Positions 54,246-64,000 of a DNA stretch of 64,000 bases are shown in pieces. The notes below the pieces were generated by a model. It had not been told where the DNA came from. It was given only the letters and a program-made list of their open reading frames with translations, and ran no database searches. Both the position numbers and the translations under genes were made by a program. The stretch's first letter is position 1; every line of letters begins with the position of its first letter. Origin of the DNA: Octopus vulgaris (lineage: Eukaryota); NCBI GenBank assembly GCA_951406725.2, contig OX597833.1, positions 37,944,001 to 38,008,000 of the forward strand. The letters run 5' to 3'.

Positions 54246-54880
54246 AATATTCTGTCGTTCTCCACATGACTAAATATTAAAGGGAATATCTCTACATAGG
54301 CACAACTTACTAAAAATAGCAGCTTATTCTCCATCAAATCACAACCTACCTTCTTCAAAAAGGAAGGAGACAACTATATCTAGTGTTTTGTTGTTCTGGG
54401 TACACTATATCTTAAACAAAATGTGAATAGTCATGACTTGAATGACTTTGTAGGTTTGCATAATCACAAGTGACCTGCAAGTAAACAACATCAGAAAGAC
54501 GCTTAAGTACTAAATTGCTTTAAGTACACACAAGGTCGATTTTCGCAGAAGGGTGGAGATATAGTCATTTGAATACCACCCAGTTTATCACTGGTGCTTA
54601 TTTAATCAAACCTTCAGAGGAGATATTAAGATAAAGTAAGATGAGATTTGATCTCTGGATGTTGAGAGACAACTAAATACTGCACCACATTAAATCTATT
54701 TCCAATTGCTCCAAAAACTGTCTCTGAAAACGGATTCCAGTTTGTAGGGTGAAAAGAATATTATCAGAAATTTTAGAAACATCCTTCAATAATAATTTTT
54801 CTGGTTTTTTTTTTTAAAGTGTGCATGGAAATGTGATAAATACTAATCAACAGAGGAAAAGGAGAAGGATGGGGGGATGG

Positions 54881-54925
<45 letters not shown>

Positions 54926-55727
54926 ACACAGGGAAAAACTACATTGATTTTTCTGTCAGCCAGACTGCCAGGCAGACAATGTAAAATTATATAAATCTCA
55001 AACTCACTTTGTTAATCACCCTACAAATCCACGACTACCACCACCACCACCACTTGCAACAATTTCACCATCGTCTTCAACATCACCACCAACACCATCA
55101 AAGCTTCTAATGCAAACATCAACACTGGCACCACCCCCATCAAATTTACCAACCACCCACCACCACCACCACCATCAATATCTCCACCACCTCATACACA
55201 GACATTGCGATAATCCTCTAACAATATAACTGAATTTGTCGCAGTATAAAATATATCCGAAGTCGGTTAACAAAATTTGTAAACAGAACAATAAACTATA
55301 AACAATTTGTAACATCACAGTCATACTGCAATTAACTTCAATCAATATGTGCACTTTTATTCCCCATCTTCTTGCTGCTGTCTTTGTCGCTGTTGCTTGT
55401 TGTTACAAATAATTCTTGATTTCTATTTTTTTGCTTATTTTTTTCTTGTGTGTATGCATGCGTGTGTGACTCATGCATGCTGTGTGTGTGTGAAACTAAA
55501 CATGTGCAAATGCATATATGTGTGCATATATATATATATATATAGACAGATAGATAGATATAGAATATATAAAATATATATATATATATGCATATATATG
55601 TGTATGAATGCATATATATGTGTGAGTATGTATGCATATATATATGTGTATGTAAGCATGCATATATATATGTATGTATGTACATATATATATGTATGTA
55701 TGTACATATATATATGTATGTATGTAC

Positions 55728-55767
<40 letters not shown>

Positions 55768-56499
55768 CATATATATATATATATATATATGCATATAGAT
55801 GTTTACATAAGCATATATGAACACAAATAAGTATGAATGTGGGGGCGGTCAGATTTATAGCAACTATATTCAGTTAAATTAGGATCTTCTGTGACTGCTT
55901 CACTTTCTTTTTTTCATTCAATTTCTGAGACGATTGATCTCAAAACAGTAAACATCTGTCTAGAATTTATCAAATTCCTGTTAGTCCAGTTCACTGCATT
56001 GTACATGGTTCCAAATCAACAACAACAACAGCAGTAACAACACCTGTCACCATTTCCTTCATGTTGAATCTAATTTTACATCTGGGTGAAATTATATGCC
56101 ACATGGTCCCATCTCTATTTATATATATATATATATATATTTTTTTTTTTCCCTACTCTAGGCACAAGGCCCGAAATTTTGGGGGAGGGGGCCAGTTGAT
56201 TTTTGGGGAGGGGGCCAGTCAAGGTACTTAATTTATCAACCCTGAAATGATGAAAGGCAAAATCGAAAGTCAAAATTTATAGACAACAAAATGTATTAAG
56301 CACAGGTGTGGCTGCATGGTATGAAGCTTGCTTCCTAACCACATGGTTCCAGGTTAAGTCCCACTGCACGGCATCTTAGGCAAGCATCTTCTACTATAAT
56401 CCTGAATCAACTAAAGTCTTGTAAGAGAACTTGATAGAGAGAAACCGAAAGAAGCCCATCGTGTGTGTATATATATATATACACACACACACATATACA

Positions 56500-57838
56500 C
56501 AGGTGTTGCACAAAATAATGGAAACACCCAGCCTCATAGCATCATAATTTTGAAATATCTATAAAACTGTCAAAAGCTTGTTTATTTTTAATTTTTTTTA
56601 TTTATTATTAGTGTTGCTGAAGATATTTTGCTAAAATTGCTATTGTTTTTCAGATATCATCAGAAATAAAATTCATTAAAATGACAAATCTATCAAACTT
56701 TCAAAGAGGTCAAACTGTTGGTGCTTGTATGGTAGGTACTAGTGTAATGAAAACAGCTGAAATGTTTGGTGTATCAAGAAGTACTGTCTTGAAAGTAATG
56801 ACAGACTTTGAGAAAGAGGGAAGAAACCTCCTCGTCAAAACAAAACTCCGGAAGAAAACCAAAACTTTCAGATAGGGACTGTCAGACTCTTACACAAATT
56901 GTTAGAAAGGATCACAAAAGTACAGCTCCCAAAATTACTACAGAGCTTAATGACCACTTCGAGAAACCAGTTTCCACAAAAACTGTTCGCTAGGAGCTGT
57001 ACAAAGCCGGATTTCATGGGAGAACTGCAATCAGAAAACCATTACTTTCAAAAACAAACATTGCAAAGCATTTAGAGTGGAGTAAAAACCTACAGAATTG
57101 GTCCCTAGCACAGTGGAAGAATGTTATTTTCTTGGACGAGTCATCCTTTACCTTTCTTCCGACCACCAGCCAAGCATACATGTGGAGATAGCCAAAAGAA
57201 GCATTTGACCCAGACTGCTTTCCTCCAACTGTTAAACATGGAGGAGGATCTGTGATGATCTGTGGGGGCTATATCTTGGAAATCTGCCAGCCCAATGGTT
57301 TCCCTTCATGGTAGAATTATTAGTCAAGACTATTTAAGCATTTTATCTGATCAAATTCATCCTATGGTTGCAAAACTGTTTCCGGAGGAAAACCCAATCT
57401 TTCAGGATGATAATGCACCAATTCACACTGCTAAAGTTGATACTGAATGGAACGAAGAACATTCTAGTGAAGCTGAACATCTTATCTGGCCATCAGAGTT
57501 GCCAGATCTCAATATTATTGAACATTTATGGTGTATTTTAGAAAAACAAGTACGGACTCCATATCCTCAACCATCATCACTCAATATTATTGAACATTTA
57601 TGGTGTATTTTAGAAAAACAAGTACGGACTCCATATCCTCAACCATCATCACTACAAGAACTGGAGACTATTTTAGCTGAAGAATGGACAAAAATTATTT
57701 TGGAAACAATTCAAACTTTGTACGAGTCCGTACCTTGTAGAATTCAAGCAGCAATTACCGCCAAAGGTGGTCCTACCCCATATTAAAATAAATTTGTTTG
57801 AAATCTTAAGGTGTTTCCATTATTTTGTCCAACTTCTG
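56500..57838 (+). mobile_element. Tc1/mariner DNA transposon with DD36E spacing (Incomer-like), decayed
   Basis: 29-bp TIRs CAGGTGTTGCACAAAATAATGGAAACACC / GGTGTTTCCATTATTTTGTCCAACTTCTG match at 26/29, with TA on the right. It is inserted into the (TA/CA)n middle of a SINE. Confidence 0.92.
56681..57786 (+). pseudogene. Tc1-like transposase pseudogene
   Basis: Motifs: HTH region (TAEMFGVSRSTV), SGRKPKLS, FLDES, KHGGGSVM, FQDDNAPIH, WPSELPDLNIIEHLW, AKGGPTPY. It has frameshifts, stops and a 72-bp tandem duplication (57508-57651). Confidence 0.93.
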
Positions 57839-58044
57839 TATATATTGACATTTAGCAGAAGCAACAGAGTGACTCAAAGGACAAGAATTTCATGTTTGAT
57901 AAGTCCTAACACATGAAACTCTTGGTCCTTGAGTCACTGTATTAAGTCTACTAAATATTAATACAAATACACATATACTCATAGCTTAAGTTCTATTTTT
58001 CTTGTATGCATCAGCAAACCTATATACATATATATATATATATC

Positions 58045-58420
58045 ATTATTTAATGTCTGCTTTCCATGCTGATATGGGTTAAATGGTTTGGCTGGAACTT
58101 GTAAACCAGAGAGCTGTACCAGGTTCCAGTCTGATTTGGCATGGTATCTACAGCTGGATGTCATTCTTAATGCCAACCACTCCAAGAATGTAATGGGTGC
58201 CTTTTACATACCACTGGCATGGGTGCTTTTATGTACCACCAGCACAAGTTCTCTAACATGTCATTGGTACTGGCCACAACTACGATTTCACTTGGCTTGA
58301 TGAGTCTTCTCAAGCGCAACAAATCACCAAAGGTCTCAACCACTTGTCATCACCTCTGTGAGATCCAACATTCGAAGATCATGCTTCATCACTTCATCCC
58401 GTGTCTTCCTGGGTCTACCT
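58045..58420 (-). mobile_element. RTE-clade LINE 3' end (5'-truncated)
   Basis: Minus strand encodes GRPRKTRDEVMKHDLRMLDLTEVMT, followed by the abundant tail (GCATCCAGCTGTAG...AACCCAT..CAGCATGGAAA.CAGAC.TTAAATGATG). Confidence 0.8.
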
Positions 58421-58421
58421 T

Positions 58422-59135
58422 ATCTATGTATATGAAATTCTTTGTCTCTCTGTCTGTTCCCAATGCATTCTCAAACAGCTCAACCAAATCAAATCAAATT
58501 TTACATGGTAATAGTATCAGACCCCATGAGTGTAAACATGTAATTTTATTCATTTGGATTAAAACAATAGAACATTGGCAATGGTTCAGTATTGTGTGTT
58601 AAAAGTGAAAGAATAACATCTATATTGTAATGTGTATTATATTGTTTCACTTTTATTCTTTCAGTTTAATTCTAATGTGATAAGACTATTATATTGTTTC
58701 ACTTTTAACTCTAATTATATCCTAATGTGAACAACATTATGCATCAGCAACTTTCCATCTTTACAGTCACAACAGCGGAGTGATATATCAGTGTATGGGC
58801 ATTGATTGATATAACGAATGGGTATAGGTGAAACTCTTGACAAAAAAACAAGAGGTGACAGGCCCAAGGTATATAAAAATACACATTTACTGTTCAATTG
58901 CAGTTAATAATTATTGCAGCAGTTGCAAATGGAGTCTCAAGACAGAAGTGAGATGAGATTTTCCGAAGATCAGCAAATTCATGCTACAGCACGTCAGATG
59001 GAGTTTCAAGAAAGAAGGGAGCTGACACTTTCCCAAGATCAGCAAAGGCATATTGCAACACATCAAATGGAGTCTCAAGAAAGAAAGGAGATGAGACTTT
59101 CCTAAGATCAGCAAACACATGCTGCAGCACTTAAT
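58422..59135 (+). mobile_element. Helitron-like 5' remnant with 23-aa (69-bp) repeats
   Basis: Starts with a TCTATGTATATGAAATTC-type end. Three 69-bp units at 58926-59132 encode MESQ(D/E)R.EMR.S.DQQ.H...Q, resembling the STPR-type repeats in the N-terminus of some Helitron Rep/Hel proteins. Confidence 0.55.
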
Positions 59136-59740
59136 TCTTTATCACAAAACACCAAACCCTTTTAAATGCATCCACAACAAATGATACTGTCAGCAGGGCC
59201 TTAGAGTAACACCCACACAAATATTAAAAACAATATATTCAAAACAGTCACCTCAAGAATTTAATCAGAACAATTTCAATCACTACTATCAGCCACAAGG
59301 AGTCACTTTTAGGTCAACTGACCATTTAAGTGGATTCCATCAACATCCTGCTATTGTCATACCACTCCTGCATTCTTTTCTTCTTCTTCTCTGCCAGGCT
59401 TAAACAATCAAAAACAAGAATTCATATCAAACAGGCTGCTGCTAACCACCCAGAACCCACAAAAGTAAAAAAGAGAGACAGAAACAGGCAGAAAAAGAGG
59501 AAAATATCCCTTGCATTTGAAAACTATGGAAATACATTTTTTTTTTTTTATATTTCATTTAATTTTTCCATAATTTAATTGTTTTTCATACTGTCATCTA
59601 AGTTGAAAAAGTTGCTATGACTGAAACTGGTACTAAAATGTTCTTCATGCTAAAATTATTTTAGCATTTTCTACCTTGTCTTATTTTCCTTACACATATC
59701 AACTCGTATGTTCCTTTTAAATTTTTTACACACACACACA

Positions 59741-59785
<45 letters not shown>

Positions 59786-60032
59786 ATAAAATTAATTAAG
59801 GGTAGAAATTGATATTTATCAATTAAGACCAGTGGTCTAGCATATTAAAAAAGAATCCGAAGATTAAAATATTTATATATACCAATTAAGGACTGAACAC
59901 GAAAAGTGGACAGTCAACATGCTAGATATAGACGTCAAATCGTCATTCTCCACAAAAGATTATGTTCTCAGATCAAACTCAACACAAAACCTTAGCAATA
60001 AACAAGTGAAAAATATACGAAATAAAATAATT

Positions 60033-60100
60033 ACCCATGTACTAACTTAGTTTCAGCTGTTATTTTCCGCAAGGAAAACTGCAGCCATCATCAGCATGGT
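60033..60100 (-). ncRNA. Type I hammerhead ribozyme (inverted copy, intact)
   Basis: Plus strand ACCCATGTACTAACTTAGTTTCAGCTG...GCCATCATCAGCATGGT is the exact reverse complement of the motif. Confidence 0.86.
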
Positions 60101-60542
60101 CCGTTATAAATGTAATTTGCTGGACTAAATGCAAACACGATACCGAAATATCGCGTGCATGGAGTTCAGCCTATTACATTTGAATATATCTTTCAAATGC
60201 CTTTACTTTGGCGCGTTGAGACCCGAGAAAACTAGCCTGCAGCTAATAATTAGCAGCAGTTAATTTATCGGTTAGAGAACATTTATTTATATAAAATTAA
60301 TTAAGGGTAGAAATTGATATTTATCAATTAAGACCAGTGGTCTAGCATATTAAAAAAGAATCCGAAGATTAAAATATTTATATATACCAATTAAGGACTG
60401 AACACGAAAAGTGGACAGTCAACATGCTAGATATAGACGTCAAATCGTCATTCTCCACAAAAGATTATATTATGTTCTCAGATCAACCTCAACACAAAAC
60501 CTTAGCAATAAACAAGTGAAAAATATACGAAATAAAATAATT

Positions 60543-60612
60543 ACCCATGTACTAACTTAGTTTAGCAGCTGTTATTTTCCGCAAGGAAAACTGCAGCCAT
60601 CATCAGCATGGT
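60543..60612 (-). ncRNA. Hammerhead ribozyme copy with broken core (probably inactive)
   Basis: Plus strand reads TTTAGCAGCT instead of TTTCAGCT. This 2-nt insertion turns the minus-strand GAAA into GCTAAA. Confidence 0.7.
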
Positions 60613-60985
60613 CCGTTATAAATGTAATTTGCTGGACTAAATGCAAACACGATACCGAAATATCGCGTGCATGGAGTTCAGCCTATTACATTTGAATATA
60701 TCTTTCAAATGCCTTTACTTTGGCGCGTTGAGACCCGAGAAAACTAGCCTGCAGCTAATAATTAGCAGCAGTTAATTTATCGGTTAGAGAACATTTATTT
60801 ATATAAAATTAATTAAGGGTAGAAATTGATATTTATCAATTAAGACCAGTGGTCTAGCATATTAAAAAAGAATCCGAAGATTAAAATGTAATATATATAT
60901 ATTCAAATGTAATAGGCTGAACTCCATGCACGCGATATTTCGGTATCGTGTTTGCATTTAGTCCAGCAAATTACATTTATAATGG

Positions 60986-61053
60986 ACCATGCTGATGATG
61001 GCTGCAGTTTTCCTTGCGGAAAATAACAGCTGAAACTAAGTTAGTACATGGGT
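60986..61053 (+). ncRNA. Type I hammerhead ribozyme (unit 1)
   Basis: CCATG-[CTGATGA]-T-GGCTG-cag-TTTTCC-ttgc-GGAAAA-taa-CAGCT-[GAA]-ACTAA-g-TTAGT-[A]-CATGG. Stem I is CCATG/CATGG, stem II is extended, stem III is ACTAA/TTAGT. The GUA triplet predicts cleavage after 61046. Confidence 0.88.
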
Positions 61054-61490
61054 AATTATTTTATTTCGTATATTTTTCACTTGTTTATTGCTAAGGTTTT
61101 GTGTTGAGTTTGATCTGAGAACATAATCTTTTGTGGAGAATGACGATTTGACGTCTATATCTAGCATGTTGACTGTCCACTTTTCGTGTTCAGTCCTTAA
61201 TTGGTATATATAAATATTTTAATCTTCGGATTCTTTTTTAATATGCTAGACCACTGGTCTTAATTGATAAATATCAATTTCTACCCTTAATTAATTTTAT
61301 ATAAATAAATGTTCTCTAACCGATAAATTAACTGCTGCTAATTATTAGCTGCAGGCTAGTTTTCTCGGGTCTCAACGCGCCAAAGTAAAGGCATTTGAAA
61401 GATATATTCAAATGTAATAGGCTGAACTCCATGCACGCGATATTTCGGTATCGTGTTTGCATTTAGTCCAGCAAATTACATTTATAACGG

Positions 61491-61558
61491 ACCATGCTGA
61501 TGATGGCTGCAGTTTTCCTTGCGGAAAATAACAGCTGAAACTAAGTTAGTACATGGGT
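61491..61558 (+). ncRNA. Type I hammerhead ribozyme (unit 2)
   Basis: Same motif, 505 bp downstream of unit 1. Confidence 0.88.
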
Positions 61559-61995
61559 AATTATTTTATTTCGTATATTTTTCACTTGTTTATTGCTAAG
61601 GTTTTGTGTTGAGTTTGATCTGAGAACATAATCTTTTGTGGAGAATGACGATTTGACGTCTATATCTAGCATGTTGACTGTCCACTTTTCGTGTTCAGTC
61701 CTTAATTGGTATATATAAATATTTTAATCTTCGGATTCTTTTTTAATATGCTAGACCACTGGTCTTAATTGATAAATATCAATTTCTACCCTTAATTAAT
61801 TTTATATAAATAAATGTTCTCTAACCGATAAATTAACTGCTGCTAATTATTAGCTGCAGGCTAGTTTTCTCGGGTCTCAACGCGCCAAAGTAAAGGCATT
61901 TGAAAGATATATTCAAATGTAATAGGCTGAACTCCATGCACGCGATATTTCGGTATCGTGTTTGCATTTAGTCAAGCAAATTACATTTATAACGG

Positions 61996-62063
61996 ACCAT
62001 GCTGATGATGGCTGCAGTTTTCCTTGCGGAAAATAACAGCTGAAACTAAGTTAGTACATGGGT
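61996..62063 (+). ncRNA. Type I hammerhead ribozyme (unit 3)
   Basis: Same motif as unit 1. Confidence 0.88.
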
Positions 62064-62500
62064 AATTATTTTATTTCGTATATTTTTCACTTGTTTATTG
62101 CTAAGGTTTTGTGTTGAGTTTGATCTGAGAACATAATCTTTTGTGGAGAATGACGATTTGACGTCTATATCTAGCATGTTGACTGTCCACTTTTCGTGTT
62201 CAGTCCTTAATTGGTATATATAAATATTTTAATCTTCGGATTCTTTTTTAATATGCTAGACCACTGGTCTTAATTGATAAATATCAATTTCTACCCTTAA
62301 TTAATTTTATATAAATAAATGTTCTCTAACCGATAAATTAACTGCTGCTAATTATTAGCTGCAGGCTAGTTTTCTCGGGTCTCAACGCGCCAAAGTAAAG
62401 GCATTTGAAAGATATATTCAAATGTAATAGGCTGAACTCCATGCACGCGATATTTCGGTATCGTGTTTGCATTTAGTCCAGCAAATTACATTTATAACGG

Positions 62501-62568
62501 ACCATGCTGATGATGGCTGCAGTTTTCCTTGCGGAAAATAACAGCTGAAACTAAGTTAGTACATGGGT
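62501..62568 (+). ncRNA. Type I hammerhead ribozyme (unit 4)
   Basis: Same motif as unit 1. Confidence 0.88.
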
Positions 62569-63005
62569 AATTATTTTATTTCGTATATTTTTCACTTGTT
62601 TATTGCTAAGGTTTTGTGTTGAGTTTGATCTGAGAACATAATCTTTTGTGGAGAATGACGATTTGACGTCTATATCTAGCATGTTGACTGTCCACTTTTC
62701 GTGTTCAGTCCTTAATTGGTATATATAAATATTTTAATCTTCGGATTCTTTTTTAATATGCTAGACCACTGGTCTTAATTGATAAATATCAATTTCTACC
62801 CTTAATTAATTTTATATAAATAAATGTTCTCTAACCGATAAATTAACTGCTGCTAATTATTAGCTGCAGGCTAGTTTTCTCGGGTCTCAACGCGCCAAAG
62901 TAAAGGCATTTGAAAGATATATTCAAATGTAATAGGCTGAACTCCATGCACGCGATATTTCGGTATCGTGTTTGCATTTAGTCCAGCAAATTACATTTAT
63001 AACAG

Positions 63006-63073
63006 ACCATGCTGATGATGGCTGCAGTTTTCCTTGCGGAAAATAACAGCTGAAACTAAGTTAGTACATGGGT
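63006..63073 (+). ncRNA. Type I hammerhead ribozyme (unit 5)
   Basis: Same motif as unit 1. Confidence 0.88.
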
Positions 63074-63510
63074 AATTATTTTATTTCGTATATTTTTCAC
63101 TTGTTTATTGCTAAGGTTTTGTGTTGAGTTTGATCTGAGAACATAATCTTTTGTGGAGAATGACGATTTGACGTCTATATCTAGCATGTTGACTGTCCAC
63201 TTTTCGTGTTCAGTCCTTAATTGGTATATATAAATATTTTAATCTTCGGATTCTTTTTTAATATGCTAGACCACTGGTCTTAATTGATAAATATCAATTT
63301 CTACCCTTAATTAATTTTATATAAATAAATGTTCTCTAACCGATAAATTAACTGCTGCTAATTATTAGCTGCAGGCTAGTTTTCTCGGGTCTCAACGCGC
63401 CAAAGTAAAGGCATTTGAAAGATATATTCAAATGTAATAGGCTGAACTCCATGCACGCGATATTTCAGTATCGTGTTTGCATTTAGTCCAGCAAATTACA
63501 TTTATAACGG

Positions 63511-63578
63511 ACCATGCTGATGATGGCTGCAGTTTTCCTTGCGGAAAATAACAGCTGAAACTAAGTTAGTACATGAGT
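63511..63578 (+). ncRNA. Type I hammerhead ribozyme (unit 6, weakened stem I)
   Basis: Core is intact. The 3' strand of stem I reads CATGAG instead of CATGGG. Confidence 0.8.
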
Positions 63579-64000
63579 AATTATTTTATTTCGTATATTT
63601 TTCACTTGTTTATTGCTAAGGTTTTGTGTTGAGTTTGATCTGAGAACATAATCTTTTGTGGAGAATGACGATTTGACGTCTATATCTAGCATGTTGACTG
63701 TCCACTTTTCGTGTTCAGTCCTTAATTGGTATATATAAATATTTTAATCTTCGGATTCTTTTTTAATATGCTAGACCACTGGTCTTAATTGATAAATATC
63801 AATTTCTACCCTTAATTAATTTTATATAAATAAATGTTCTCTAACCGATAAATTAACTGCTGCTAATTATTAGCTGCAGGCTAGTTTTCTCGGGTCTTAA
63901 CGCGCCAAAGTAAAGGCATTTGAAAGATATATTCAAATGTAATAGGCTGAACTCCATGCACGCGATATTTCGGTATCGTGTTTGAATTTAGTCCAGCAAA

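Larger units (their letters stand above)
59783..60887 (-). repeat. Inverted block of the same 505-bp unit (2 units plus ~85 bp)
   Basis: ATAAAATTAATTAAGGGTAG occurs at 59786, 60291 and 60803, and is the reverse complement of the downstream unit. The second copy is 512 bp because of small insertions. The outer end abuts a (TA)n tract. Confidence 0.95.
60901..64000 (+). repeat. 505-bp tandem array (6 complete units plus a partial unit, continues past the window end); retrozyme or Penelope pseudo-LTR-like
   Basis: ATTCAAATGTAATAGGCTGA recurs at 60901, 61406, 61911, 62416, 62921, 63426 and 63931, an exact 505-bp period. Only a handful of substitutions are visible between units. Confidence 0.97.

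Noticed and set aside
54960-55229. Plus-strand open frame after TTTTTCTGTCAG encoding a Pro/Thr/His-rich 89-aa peptide
   Set aside because: Degenerate (CCA)n sequence is naturally stop-poor on this strand, the acceptor tract is short, and I found no partner plus-strand exons. It cannot be excluded without RNA-seq.
61203-61216. TATA-box-like GGTATATATAAATA in each array unit
   Set aside because: It is uninformative in such AT-rich sequence without TSS data.
60901-64000. CRISPR array, 5S rDNA or snRNA gene cluster
   Set aside because: The units are identical along their length with no unique spacers, and I recognise no 5S, U snRNA, SL RNA or tRNA sequence in the unit.

Overview
AT-rich eukaryotic DNA packed with microsatellites and transposons. 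The SINE and MITE content looks like an octopus (cephalopod) genome, which is an inference from family resemblance. Most of the window appears intronic. A few plausible minus-strand host exons (38401-38482, 30491-30615) and a CpG-retaining promoter-like zone (~29400-34100) suggest one large minus-strand gene that I cannot name. Nearly all ORFs in the supplied track are microsatellite or SINE artefacts. Real coding remnants are a decayed hAT transposase (~49970-51787), a Tc1/mariner element with DD36E spacing (56500-57838), a deleted mariner-like element, RTE, CR1/L2 and Tx1-like LINE fragments, and a Helitron-like 23-aa repeat. The standout is a young, near-perfect 505-bp tandem array (59783-64000, running off the window) that switches orientation at ~60890. 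Each complete unit carries a type I hammerhead ribozyme fold (CUGAUGA...GAAA...GUA) with a palindromic, almost loopless stem III; one copy has a broken core. This fits a retrozyme or non-autonomous Penelope-like system. Several other (TA)n-embedded elements in the window show similar inverted ends and/or degenerate hammerhead cores.
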